A stretch of DNA of 64,000 bases. Source: Oscillospiraceae bacterium (GTDB lineage: Bacteria > Bacillota > Clostridia > Oscillospirales > Acutalibacteraceae). The position numbers were made by a program, and so were the translations under genes. The notes beneath the pieces are model-generated. The model was given only the letters and a program-made list of their open reading frames with translations, ran no database searches and was not told the DNA's origin. Each line of letters opens with the position of its first letter. The first letter of the stretch is position 1. Positions 9,978 to 18,288 of this stretch are shown piece after piece. The stretch spans positions 14,487 to 78,486 of the forward strand of contig JAQXSW010000015.1 in assembly GCA_029219165.1 (NCBI GenBank). The letters are read 5' to 3'.

Positions 9978-10075
9978 ATAACCACTCCTTTGCCAATAAT
10001 TTAATTCTTAATACGCATGGCACGCATTTCACAGTGCCATATTTTCAGTTTGGACATTCTGAAATACATACCATA

Positions 10076-10846
10076 TCAGTATAAGAATATCCCAAAATAT
10101 AATGAAATAATTTTCTCCGCAAAGAAATATGAAATAATAATACCTATTGATAAATATGGACCAAATGCTATTTCAGTCTTTCTTCCACCATTCTTTTTAG
10201 CAAGAATATAAATGCAGTAGAAAAGAGCTGCAAAAATTCCAACTATAAAAGCACATAAAACTCCTTGCCAACCCAGTAGTGCACCGGCAACAGCCATAAG
10301 TTTTATGTCTCCTCCGCCAAATCCGCCAACTGTTACGCCAAGGATTAACATTGGTACACTTATTGCAAAAAAGCCGATGAGTCTTGACTGCCAAGATATT
10401 TCAGGCTCCAAGAACACACTTGCAACTACAGCCACAAGAAGAGCAATATGAAATCCATTAGGAATTATTTTCGTTTCAAAATCTATTACGCTAAGTGTAA
10501 TTAAAACAGAAACAACATAAAATGCAAGCAAAGCATTTAAGGTATATCCACAATTCAGGAAACAGAGTACAGCTGTTATTCCACCGACGAGTTCCATTAT
10601 TGGATATCTTATTGATATATGCTCCTTGCAATAACGACATTTTCCTTTAAGAAAAATATAACTAAAAAAAGGAACGAGGTCTAATACGCTTAATTTATGT
10701 CCACACTTTGGGCAGTGGGAACGACCTTTTGTAAAACTTTCTTTAACCGGAACTCTTAATGTAATTACATTATAAAAACTTCCGACACAAGCGCCCATTA
10801 TAAAAACCAAAGTATAAAGGACAATATAAGCTAATATTTTTGGCAT
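10076..10846 (-). CDS. pilD: Prepilin peptidase / N-methyltransferase PilD (peptidase A24)
   Basis: Polytopic membrane protein. It has a CPKC...CRYC zinc motif in the first cytoplasmic loop and the GGGDIKL active-site Asp motif. Confidence 0.9.
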   Translation of the reverse strand: MPKILAYIVLYTLVFIMGACVGSFYNVITLRVPVKESFTKGRSHCPKCGHKLSVLDLVPFFSYIFLKGKCRYCKEHISIRYPIMELVGGITAVLCFLNCGYTLNALLAFYVVSVLITLSVIDFETKIIPNGFHIALLVAVVASVFLEPEISWQSRLIGFFAISVPMLILGVTVGGFGGGDIKLMAVAGALLGWQGVLCAFIVGIFAALFYCIYILAKKNGGRKTEIAFGPYLSIGIIISYFFAEKIISLYFGIFLY

Positions 10847-10867
10847 TGTTTGAACTTCCTCTAAAAC

Positions 10868-10902
10868 GAGCCCCGCGCTGTTGGCACAATAGCACGAGGC
10901 TC
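10868..10902 (-). terminator. Hairpin (partial terminator or attenuator) between the pilin gene and pilD
   Basis: On the minus strand, GAGCCTCGTGCT-loop-AGCGCGGGGCTC forms 12 bp including two G-U pairs, followed by GTTTTA. Confidence 0.4.
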
Positions 10903-10923
10903 AAAATGTTTAGTAATTATTTG

Positions 10924-11370
10924 TTATGAACCAACTGGTGTAACGTCTCCCCATGTACCAGCTGAATATGTAACAGTGTACTTTGTGTTTGCAACAGTCA
11001 TACTTGTAAGTTTGTTACCAGTGCAAGAGAATGTAACAACGTAATCAACGCCTTCGCCAGAAGCGGCAGCAACTGTTTCACCAACAAGATCTGAAACTGT
11101 TGTCCAGTCTGCAGCAGTAAAGTTTGCTTGTGTTGAAACTGTTTCGTTCTTAGCATACTTGTTTGTAATCTGTGTTGTAACAGATGTCTTAATTGAGTCA
11201 GCGCCTGAGAGGAATGTTCTCTGGTTAGCTGAGTCAATCCATGAAAGCATTGAAGGAACAAGCATAGTTGCAAGAATTGCAATGATAACGATTACGATAA
11301 CGATTTCAATAAGTGTGAAACCTTTTTCATTTTCCTTAAGTCTGTTTAAGAGATTCTTTAAAATTTTCAT
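10924..11370 (-). CDS. pilA: Type IV major pilin, paralog 1
   Basis: The N-terminus MKILKNLLNRLKENEKG|FTLIEIVIVIVIIAILATMLVPS is a canonical class III signal with Glu+5. Length is 148 aa. Confidence 0.85.
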   Translation of the reverse strand: MKILKNLLNRLKENEKGFTLIEIVIVIVIIAILATMLVPSMLSWIDSANQRTFLSGADSIKTSVTTQITNKYAKNETVSTQANFTAADWTTVSDLVGETVAAASGEGVDYVVTFSCTGNKLTSMTVANTKYTVTYSAGTWGDVTPVGS

Positions 11371-11659
11371 TTGAATTACTTCCTTTCTTATAAAGAAATT
11401 TAGTTATAACGATTTTAAACAATGCCTTATATTAGCAACCTGCGCTGTGCCCCACAGGCCAAAGTACTGTTTTTTAATTTGCACAGTAATAATTAAAACA
11501 TTACCGTGACAACCTCCTCGTTACTTTTATATAATTTTTGGTAATTCAAACGAAACTATTTGAATTTACCATTCATTACACGCATATATTATCACATATA
11601 AATATAAAAATAAAGTGTTTTTTTGTAAAAATAAAGCAAATTTTCCAATTTTTTTAGAA

Positions 11660-11689
11660 ATTATAGAAAAAAATTGATAAATCTCACAA
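11660..11689 (-). promoter_or_regulatory. Candidate sigma-A promoter for pilin paralog 1 (TTGTGA-18 nt-TATAAT)
   Basis: On the minus strand, TTGTGA is at 11689..11684 and TATAAT at 11665..11660. This leaves a roughly 280-nt leader before the ATG at 11370. Confidence 0.4.
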
Positions 11690-11693
11690 ATTT

Positions 11694-12116
11694 TTATTCA
11701 ACCGTCCACTGATTTGAACTTTTTGTATAAGTTGCAGTTTTTCCGTTTTCTGTGTAAGAAAAAGTCTCTAATTCATTATCGGTAACAGTAAAAGAAATAT
11801 TTTCCTTACTAACTCTATTACTATCCGTAGAATTAATTATTGCATTCCAAAAAGATTCATCAAAAGCCGAATTATCTTGATTTCCGGTAACCTTAACATC
11901 ATCCTTATACAGTTCAACCAACTGGGCATTAACTGATTGTCTGATTGTATCCCCTGCTGATATAAGTTTCTTTTCATTTGCAGAGTCAATCCAACTTATC
12001 ATACTTGGAACAAGAACGGTTGCAAGTATTGCAATAATTACAATTACTATGACAATTTCAATAAGTGTAAAACCTTTGTTTTCATTGTTTTTAAGTTTAT
12101 TAAGCATGAAAAACAT
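11694..12116 (-). CDS. pilA: Type IV pilin, paralog 2
   Basis: The signal ...NKLKNNENKG|FTLIEIVIVIVIIAILATVLVPS is followed by a divergent C-terminal globular part. The SD AAGGA favours the second ATG at 12107 as the true start. Confidence 0.85.
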   Translation of the reverse strand: MFFMLNKLKNNENKGFTLIEIVIVIVIIAILATVLVPSMISWIDSANEKKLISAGDTIRQSVNAQLVELYKDDVKVTGNQDNSAFDESFWNAIINSTDSNRVSKENISFTVTDNELETFSYTENGKTATYTKSSNQWTVE

Positions 12117-12152
12117 CCTTTTTTGTATTTTCGTAATAACTTTTACACTTTA

Positions 12153-12180
12153 ATTATACATTTTTAATAAAAAATGTCAA
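12153..12180 (-). promoter_or_regulatory. Sigma-A-type promoter for the pilin operon (TTGACA-16 nt-TATAAT)
   Basis: On the minus strand, TTGACA is at 12180..12175 and TATAAT at 12158..12153. Confidence 0.5.
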
Positions 12181-12277
12181 CAGGGCGTATTTATGTTTGT
12201 ATATAATTTACATAATTTTTACTTTTATTTAGATAATAAGACAAACATTTTTCCGCATAAAATCTATTGGTGATTAT

Positions 12278-13015
12278 ATGCTTTTATCTATTATAAACTT
12301 TTTGTCAGAACTATGGTTTTTTGCGCTGCATATTGGTGGAGACAGTACATTTTTACGTCCGCTTACTAAAGCGGAAGAGGAAAAATGCCTTCACATTCTC
12401 CAGTGTAGTAAATGCAGCGCAAATTGTGCGGAAACATTTTCCGCAGAAGAAATACGGGCGGCACGTGACAAGCTTATTTGTCACAACATGCGTCTAGTTG
12501 CTCATGTAATAAAAAAGTATTATGCAAATTATAGTGACCAAGATGACCTTATAAGTATAGGAACCATTGGACTTATCAAAGGAATTAATTCCTTTGATAA
12601 CACCAAAGGAGTTAAGCTTGCCACCTATGCCGCCCGTTGTATAGAAAATGAAATACTAATGCACTTTAGAACATCTAAGGTAAAACAACAACACGTTCTT
12701 TTAGGTGAAGCAATTGAGTGTGATTCAGAAGGAAATCCATTAACCATTATGGATGTTATATGTGACGACATTAACATTGAAGACGATATTGAAGAAAAGA
12801 TAAAAGTTGAAAAAGCACTAGATTTAATCAACGATATTGATAATGAAAGGGATAAAGAAATCATTATTTATCGCTTCGGTCTTTTTGGCACCATTCCCCT
12901 AACACAAAGAGAGGTTGCCAAAAAACTTGGTATTTCAAGATCTTATGTTTCAAGAATTGAAAAAAGAGTATTGGAAGATTTAAAAAACAAGTTATTAGAT
13001 GAGGAAAACAGGTAA
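12278..13015 (+). CDS. sigK: Sporulation sigma factor, pro-sigma-K type
   Basis: It has a hydrophobic pro-sequence followed by ...FLRPLTKAEEEK. KLATYAARCIENEILMH and GISRSYVSRIEKR closely match B. subtilis SigK as I recall it. The gene is uninterrupted. Confidence 0.8.
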   Translation: MLLSIINFLSELWFFALHIGGDSTFLRPLTKAEEEKCLHILQCSKCSANCAETFSAEEIRAARDKLICHNMRLVAHVIKKYYANYSDQDDLISIGTIGLIKGINSFDNTKGVKLATYAARCIENEILMHFRTSKVKQQHVLLGEAIECDSEGNPLTIMDVICDDINIEDDIEEKIKVEKALDLINDIDNERDKEIIIYRFGLFGTIPLTQREVAKKLGISRSYVSRIEKRVLEDLKNKLLDEENR

Positions 13016-13049
13016 GCTAATAATGTAATTTTTATTAAATAAAAAAATG

Positions 13050-13071
13050 AGCCTCCACGCAAGTGAAGGCT
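13050..13071 (+). terminator. Terminator hairpin after sigK
   Basis: AGCCTCCAC-GCAA-GTGAAGGCT forms 9 bp with one mismatch. It is preceded by an A-run and followed by a T-rich stretch. Confidence 0.45.
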
Positions 13072-13201
13072 TTAATTTATATATTGTCTAATACATAACT
13101 GTCAATAGTATTTTAGATAATTTTGACCCTTTACATTATGATTGTTTTAAAGAAACTATTAACGAATGATTAAGCTAAATTTTAAATACAAAACTTGACA
13201 T

Positions 13202-13232
13202 AAAAAAAGGACACCACCAAAGTGATGTCCTT
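13202..13232 (-). terminator. Rho-independent terminator after tsf
   Basis: On the minus strand, AAGGACATCAC-TTTG-GTGGTGTCCTT is followed by TTTTTTT. Confidence 0.6.
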
Positions 13233-13248
13233 TATCTTTTAGGTTTAA

Positions 13249-14352
13249 TTATTTAATCATTGAAGCAATTTCGTCTGCGAAATTTTCTTCCTTCTTTTCG
13301 ATTCCTTCGCCTTTAGCATAGCGTGTAAAGCCGGAAATCTTAATGTTACCACCGAGTTTCTTAGCAACGTCTGCTACATAACCGCTAACGTTTCCGTCAA
13401 AGAGGTCTGAACGAACGAATGGTTGTTCCATGAGGCAAACTTCTTTAAGTTGCTTTGAAAGTCTTCCTTGAACAAGGCCTGAGAAAATCTTGTTATCAAC
13501 AATTTCAGCCTTATGTGAGATTGCAATACCAGCAAGAGTCTCAAGAGCTTCTTTTGAAATGAAGTTTGTGAAATTCTTTTTCTGCTTTGCATCAAGACCT
13601 TGATAAATATCAATATCTTCCTTTGTCCACTTGCCAGCTGAGATTGCTTCATCAATAAGACTGTTAAGAATTGGAATTGGAAGTGATGCAGGTGTGTTGA
13701 GTGCAGAGTCAACTGTAATTTTTTCCATCTTAGCTGCTTCATCAGCTGAAATGTCATCCTTAGATAAGTACTCAGGGCTCATAGCTGCAATCTGCATTGC
13801 TACGTTTCTACCCATTTCATTAAATTCAGCACCTGTTTCAACGTCTGTATCAAAACTTACCATAACACCTACAGAACCACCTGCGTGGATGTATGTGCAT
13901 GTTGTACCTTCAACTCTTTCAAAACGACGGATCTTCATGTTCTCACCAATTGAAAGGATGAGGTCCTGAAGGTTCTCTTGAACTGTTCTGTCTGTACCAA
14001 CAAGGTTAACACCAAGAAGATCATCAACATCTTCCGGATTTTTCTCAACTATTGTCTTAGCAATGTCAAGAACAAATGACTGGAACTTTTCATTCTTTCC
14101 AACGAAGTCTGTTTCAGAGTTAACTTCAACAAGAACGCCTACGTTCTTTTCTTCGTCTGTGTATGCAAGAACAACACCGTCAGCTGCTGTTCTACCAGCT
14201 TTCTTTGTAGCTGCAGCAAGGCCCTTTTCACGAAGGTAGTCAATAGCCTTGTCCATATCTCCGTCAGCTTCTGTAAGTGCTTTTTTACACTCCATCATGC
14301 CAACGCCTGTCTTCTCACGAAGTGTCTTTACGTCTTGAGCAGTAAATGCCAT
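13249..14352 (-). CDS. tsf: Elongation factor Ts (unusually long, 367 aa)
   Basis: The N-terminus MAFTAQDVKTLREKTGVGMMECKKAL is the UBA-like EF-Ts N-terminus. The SD GGAGGA places the start at 14352, not 14367. The C-terminus EGIEKKEENFADEI is typical. Confidence 0.9.
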   Translation of the reverse strand: MAFTAQDVKTLREKTGVGMMECKKALTEADGDMDKAIDYLREKGLAAATKKAGRTAADGVVLAYTDEEKNVGVLVEVNSETDFVGKNEKFQSFVLDIAKTIVEKNPEDVDDLLGVNLVGTDRTVQENLQDLILSIGENMKIRRFERVEGTTCTYIHAGGSVGVMVSFDTDVETGAEFNEMGRNVAMQIAAMSPEYLSKDDISADEAAKMEKITVDSALNTPASLPIPILNSLIDEAISAGKWTKEDIDIYQGLDAKQKKNFTNFISKEALETLAGIAISHKAEIVDNKIFSGLVQGRLSKQLKEVCLMEQPFVRSDLFDGNVSGYVADVAKKLGGNIKISGFTRYAKGEGIEKKEENFADEIASMIK

Positions 14353-14408
14353 TAGAGATTCCTCCAATTATTATATAGTATTAGAAAAATTTAATATTAA
14401 AAAGCGAA

Positions 14409-15140
14409 TTATTCAGCAGCTTCTTCTGCTTCCTCTGCAGGAGCTTCTGTGTTCTGCTCACCCTGTCTGCCTTCAATAATAGCGTCAGCCATTGCACCGG
14501 CAATAAGTCTAACAGCGCGAATTGCGTCGTCGTTACCCGGGATTACGTAATCAACTTCATCTGGGTCACAGTTTGTATCTACAATAGCAATGATTGGAAT
14601 ACCAAGCTTATGAGCTTCAGCAACAGCAATTCTTTCCTTACGTGGGTCAACAATGAACATAGCAGCTGGCTGCTTCTTCATTTCTGTAATACCACCCATG
14701 AATTTCTCAAGCTTTTCAATTTCAAGCTCAAGCTTTACAACTTCCTTCTTAGGAAGAAGTTCAAATGTGCCGTCTTCTCTCATTGCCTTGAGTTGTTCAA
14801 GTCTCTTAATTCTCTTTTGGATTGTCTTGAAGTTTGTAAGCATACCGCCGAGCCAACGAGCGTTTACGTATGGCATACCGCAACGGATTGCTTCTTCCTT
14901 AACTGAATCCTGAGCCTGTTTCTTTGTACCAACGAAGAGAACATCTCCGCCGTTTTCAGAAATTTCACGTACAGCATTGTATGCTTCATCAAGCTTCTTA
15001 ACTGTCTTTTGAAGGTCAATGATGTAGATTCCATTTCTTTCTGTGAAGATGTACTCTGACATTTTAGGGTTCCATCTTCTTGTTTGGTGTCCAAAATGAA
15101 CACCTGCTTCAAGTAATTGTTTCATTGAAATTGCTGACAT
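14409..15140 (-). CDS. rpsB: 30S ribosomal protein S2
   Basis: The N-terminus is [27 protein letters not shown], and it lies in the canonical rpsB-tsf arrangement. Confidence 0.95.
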   Translation of the reverse strand: MSAISMKQLLEAGVHFGHQTRRWNPKMSEYIFTERNGIYIIDLQKTVKKLDEAYNAVREISENGGDVLFVGTKKQAQDSVKEEAIRCGMPYVNARWLGGMLTNFKTIQKRIKRLEQLKAMREDGTFELLPKKEVVKLELEIEKLEKFMGGITEMKKQPAAMFIVDPRKERIAVAEAHKLGIPIIAIVDTNCDPDEVDYVIPGNDDAIRAVRLIAGAMADAIIEGRQGEQNTEAPAEEAEEAAE

Positions 15141-15254
15141 TTTTCATGTCCTCCTTTTGTTTTAACCTCCGCATAGCTTAAAGCACATAACTATGTGATT
15201 CATAACAACAATAGCACCTATGTGCCAAACACTCTGCGTGCGATTTGCCATGAA

Positions 15255-15283
15255 ATTATATCACACAGGAATTACATAATCAA
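15255..15283 (-). promoter_or_regulatory. Sigma-A-type promoter for rpsB-tsf (TTGATT-17 nt-TATAAT)
   Basis: The minus-strand boxes are at 15283..15278 and 15260..15255. The resulting leader is about 110 nt and contains small hairpins (GCACATAGGTGC, CACATAGTTATGTG). Confidence 0.5.
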
Positions 15284-15291
15284 GAGTAATT

Positions 15292-16305
15292 TTAATTACA
15301 ACTAATTATGTTTTCCCCATTCGAACATATTGTTATTGTCCCAAGTAGGTCCGTTCTAAGTGTCTTTATATTTTGCATGGCTAATGTTTTCAATGTCAAA
15401 GCATGTGGATGTCCAAATTCGTTATTTTTCCCACAGGATATAACTGCATATTCAGGACCAACAGCTTTTATAAAGTCCTCTCCACTTGAGGAATCACTTC
15501 CATGGTGGGCAACCTTTAATACATTAGATTTAATTTCCCACTTTCCTTCATATGCCCCACTCATAAGAGAATATTCTGCTGCGTTTTCTGAATCGCCCGT
15601 AAAAAGAAAAGAAGTATTTTCATAAACAAGTCTTAAAACCATAGACATATCATTTTCATTGTTGTATTCACTACCTGGTCCTAAAACTGTAAGTGAGCAA
15701 TTTTCATTGAGAATTATAACATCTCCGATTTTTGATGCCTTGCAGGCAATTTCATTATCCTTTTCTATTTGCGTTTTTATTTCTTCAGGTAATGTTGTTT
15801 CAAACGGATATAAAAAATTCTTGACCTTCATGCCTTTTAACAGGTCCGGTGCACTCCCGATATGGTCAGAATGAGGGTGCGATTCAATGAAATAATCAAG
15901 CTCTTTAACATCATATGCATTCAAGACTGAAAGAACCTTTCTGTCACTCCCCTTCTCTCCGGAATCAATGAGAATATTTTCACAAGTGCCGTCCCCTTTT
16001 TGATATTTTATGTATATTGCATCACCCTGACCAACATCAATAAACACAACAACAAGTGGATAATTATAAACTCTAATATCATCATATTCAAAAATACCGG
16101 CAATTGAATAAATCTTTTGCCAATCCGGAATAAAATCAATGTATTTGGGAGCATAAGTTACAACGAGCGATGCAATTATGGTAAAACATAAAAGAATTTT
16201 CTTTATTCTTGAAAAAATTTTTCTCAATGATTTTCTAATATTACTCCTGGGATTATCCAATTCTTTGAATATATTTTTTTTGCTATCTTTTAAAATAAAA
16301 ACCAC
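15292..16305 (-). CDS. Membrane-anchored MBL-fold hydrolase (ComEC C-terminal-domain type)
   Basis: It has an N-terminal TM, the HxHxDH motif (HPHSDHIG) and the VAHHGS motif typical of the ComEC/Rec2 beta-lactamase domain. Confidence 0.7.
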   Translation of the reverse strand: MVFILKDSKKNIFKELDNPRSNIRKSLRKIFSRIKKILLCFTIIASLVVTYAPKYIDFIPDWQKIYSIAGIFEYDDIRVYNYPLVVVFIDVGQGDAIYIKYQKGDGTCENILIDSGEKGSDRKVLSVLNAYDVKELDYFIESHPHSDHIGSAPDLLKGMKVKNFLYPFETTLPEEIKTQIEKDNEIACKASKIGDVIILNENCSLTVLGPGSEYNNENDMSMVLRLVYENTSFLFTGDSENAAEYSLMSGAYEGKWEIKSNVLKVAHHGSDSSSGEDFIKAVGPEYAVISCGKNNEFGHPHALTLKTLAMQNIKTLRTDLLGTITICSNGENIISCN

Positions 16306-16344
16306 TCTCTTTCCGTATGGATTTGAGAGCGGTTATTTTAATGT

Positions 16345-18237
16345 TTATTTTCTTTTACGTATTGGTTTTCCTGTTTTATCATCATAGCGTGTTGACTTAT
16401 GAGAAACAGGTTTTTTTCTGTTTTTAGCATTTAGATTCTTTTGCGCACCCGGTTTTTGTGGTACAAGGCAATTAGGCCCCGAGCCTATTAAATCAGTACG
16501 TTTTGCACGCACCAAAGCCTCTCTGCAAAGGTCGGCATTTCGTGGATTATAGTACTGAAGCAAGGCTCTCTGCAAAGCCTTGTCATGTGGTGTCTTTGCC
16601 ACAAAAACCTTTTCCATTGTATATGGATCAAGTTCTGTATAGAACATGCACGTTGAAATTGTGCCCGGTGTAGGATAGAAATCCTGCACCTGCTCAGGGC
16701 GAATGTTTTTGGACTTCAAAAACACTGCCAGTTCAACTGCATCGTCCAATGTTGAACCCGGATGAGATGACATGAGATATGGTACAAGATATTGCTCCTT
16801 ACCAACACTTTCCGTCAGTTCAAAATACCTCTTTGAAAATTCAATGTAAGCTTCAATATGAGGCTTACCCATGTAGTCCAAGACAGAAGCTGAACAGTGT
16901 TCAGGAGCAACCTTCAATTGTCCGCTGACATGGTTCTTAACAAGTTCTTTAAAGAAGGTGTCATCCTTATCTGAAAGCAAGTAGTCATATCTGATTCCGG
17001 AGCGAATAAACACTTTCTTAACCTTTGGTATTTCCCTTAATGTACGAAGTATGTCAACATACTCAGAATGATCAGCAACCAGCTGGCTGCAAGGCTTTGG
17101 CGCTAAACACTTTTTCCCCTTGCAAAGTCCGGCCTTCAACTGCTTTTCACATGACGGAAATCTAAAGTTGGCGGTAGGCCCGCCAACATCATGTATATAG
17201 CCTTTGAAGCCGGGCATTTCTGTTATTAATTTTGCCTCACGGACCAGGGATTCCTTGCTACGCGACGTAATGAACCGTCCTTGGTGGAAGGCAAGTGAAC
17301 AAAAGTTACACGCGCCAAAACAGCCTCTGTTATGAGTTATAGAAAAACGAACCTCTTCAATACCGGGAACGCCACCAAATTTTTCATAGGAAGGATGATA
17401 GGTCCTCATGTACGGAAGACTATAAACCCAGTCAAGTTCCTCAGTAGTGAGCGGTGGCATTGGAGGATTTTGAACAAGCATCATTTTACCATGACGTTGC
17501 TTTATTAGTTTTCCTCTGATATGGTCCTGTTCATCTTGTTGAATTCGGCAGGAAACCGCATATTCCCTTTTACTTGAAATAACATTATCAAGAGATGGGC
17601 ATTCTGCACCCACAAGTGGTGTATCCTTAACAGGGACAAGATAACAAGTGCCTTTAACATCTGTTATTTCACTTATTTTTTCGCCTTTATTTAGTCTTTC
17701 TGCAATTTCTATAGTCTGATTTTCGCCCATGCCGAAAATTAGAAGATCCGCACCGGACTCAACTAAAATTGAAGGCTTAATTTCATTGTCCCAATAGTCA
17801 TAATGAGCAAATCTTCTAAGGGAAGCCTCCAGCCCTCCAATGACAATTGGAACGTCGGGATATGCCTCTCTAATTCTTTTGCAATACACCGTTACAGCCC
17901 TATCCGGACGCTTGCCATGTTTCCCACCGGGAGTATATGCATCATCTGTCCTTGGCTTTAATGCAGCTGTATAGTGGGCAACCATTGAGTCAATATTTCC
18001 GGATGAAACCATGAAACCAAGACGTGGCCTGCCAAAGCGCATAAAATCGTTTTTTGTATGCCAGTCAGGCTGTGACAAGAATGCAACTTTAAACCCTTTT
18101 GCCTCTAAAACACGAGTTATAATTGCAGCACCAAAACTTGGGTGGTCAACGTATGCATCGCCACTTACATAAACAAAGTCAACGTCACTCCAACCTAGGG
18201 ATTCAACCTCTTTACTTGTCATTGGCAAAAATGGCAT
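16345..18237 (-). CDS. ygiQ: YgiQ-family radical SAM protein (UPF0313)
   Basis: The N-terminus MPFLPMTSKEVESLGWSDVDFVYVSGDAYVDHPSFG is typical of YgiQ. The CxxxCxxC motif is CFGACNFC, and the C-terminal tail is basic. Confidence 0.85.
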   Translation of the reverse strand: MPFLPMTSKEVESLGWSDVDFVYVSGDAYVDHPSFGAAIITRVLEAKGFKVAFLSQPDWHTKNDFMRFGRPRLGFMVSSGNIDSMVAHYTAALKPRTDDAYTPGGKHGKRPDRAVTVYCKRIREAYPDVPIVIGGLEASLRRFAHYDYWDNEIKPSILVESGADLLIFGMGENQTIEIAERLNKGEKISEITDVKGTCYLVPVKDTPLVGAECPSLDNVISSKREYAVSCRIQQDEQDHIRGKLIKQRHGKMMLVQNPPMPPLTTEELDWVYSLPYMRTYHPSYEKFGGVPGIEEVRFSITHNRGCFGACNFCSLAFHQGRFITSRSKESLVREAKLITEMPGFKGYIHDVGGPTANFRFPSCEKQLKAGLCKGKKCLAPKPCSQLVADHSEYVDILRTLREIPKVKKVFIRSGIRYDYLLSDKDDTFFKELVKNHVSGQLKVAPEHCSASVLDYMGKPHIEAYIEFSKRYFELTESVGKEQYLVPYLMSSHPGSTLDDAVELAVFLKSKNIRPEQVQDFYPTPGTISTCMFYTELDPYTMEKVFVAKTPHDKALQRALLQYYNPRNADLCREALVRAKRTDLIGSGPNCLVPQKPGAQKNLNAKNRKKPVSHKSTRYDDKTGKPIRKRK

Positions 18238-18288
18238 TTGACCACCTCCGTTTCTTTGTATACTTATATTTTTTAAGTTAGATACTAA

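Noticed and set aside
9978-10075. Hairpin ATGGCAC...GTGCCAT between pilD and pilC as a terminator
   Set aside because: It has only 7 bp and no U-tract, so it is more likely incidental.
11371-11693. c-di-GMP riboswitch upstream of the pilin gene (by analogy with C. difficile pilA1)
   Set aside because: I could not find the GEMM-I core (GGCAAAC...GACGCAAAGC) or c-di-GMP-II signature elements by eye. It is kept only as an unexplained long leader.
12278-13015. skin-like intervening element in sigK
   Set aside because: The ORF is continuous from the pro-sequence to region 4.2, and no recombinase lies nearby.
13080-13200. Possible small RNA in the about 130-nt gap between the convergent sigK and tsf terminators
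   Set aside because: I found no convincing promoter, structure or ORF. Weak TTGACC/TTTAAA boxes only.
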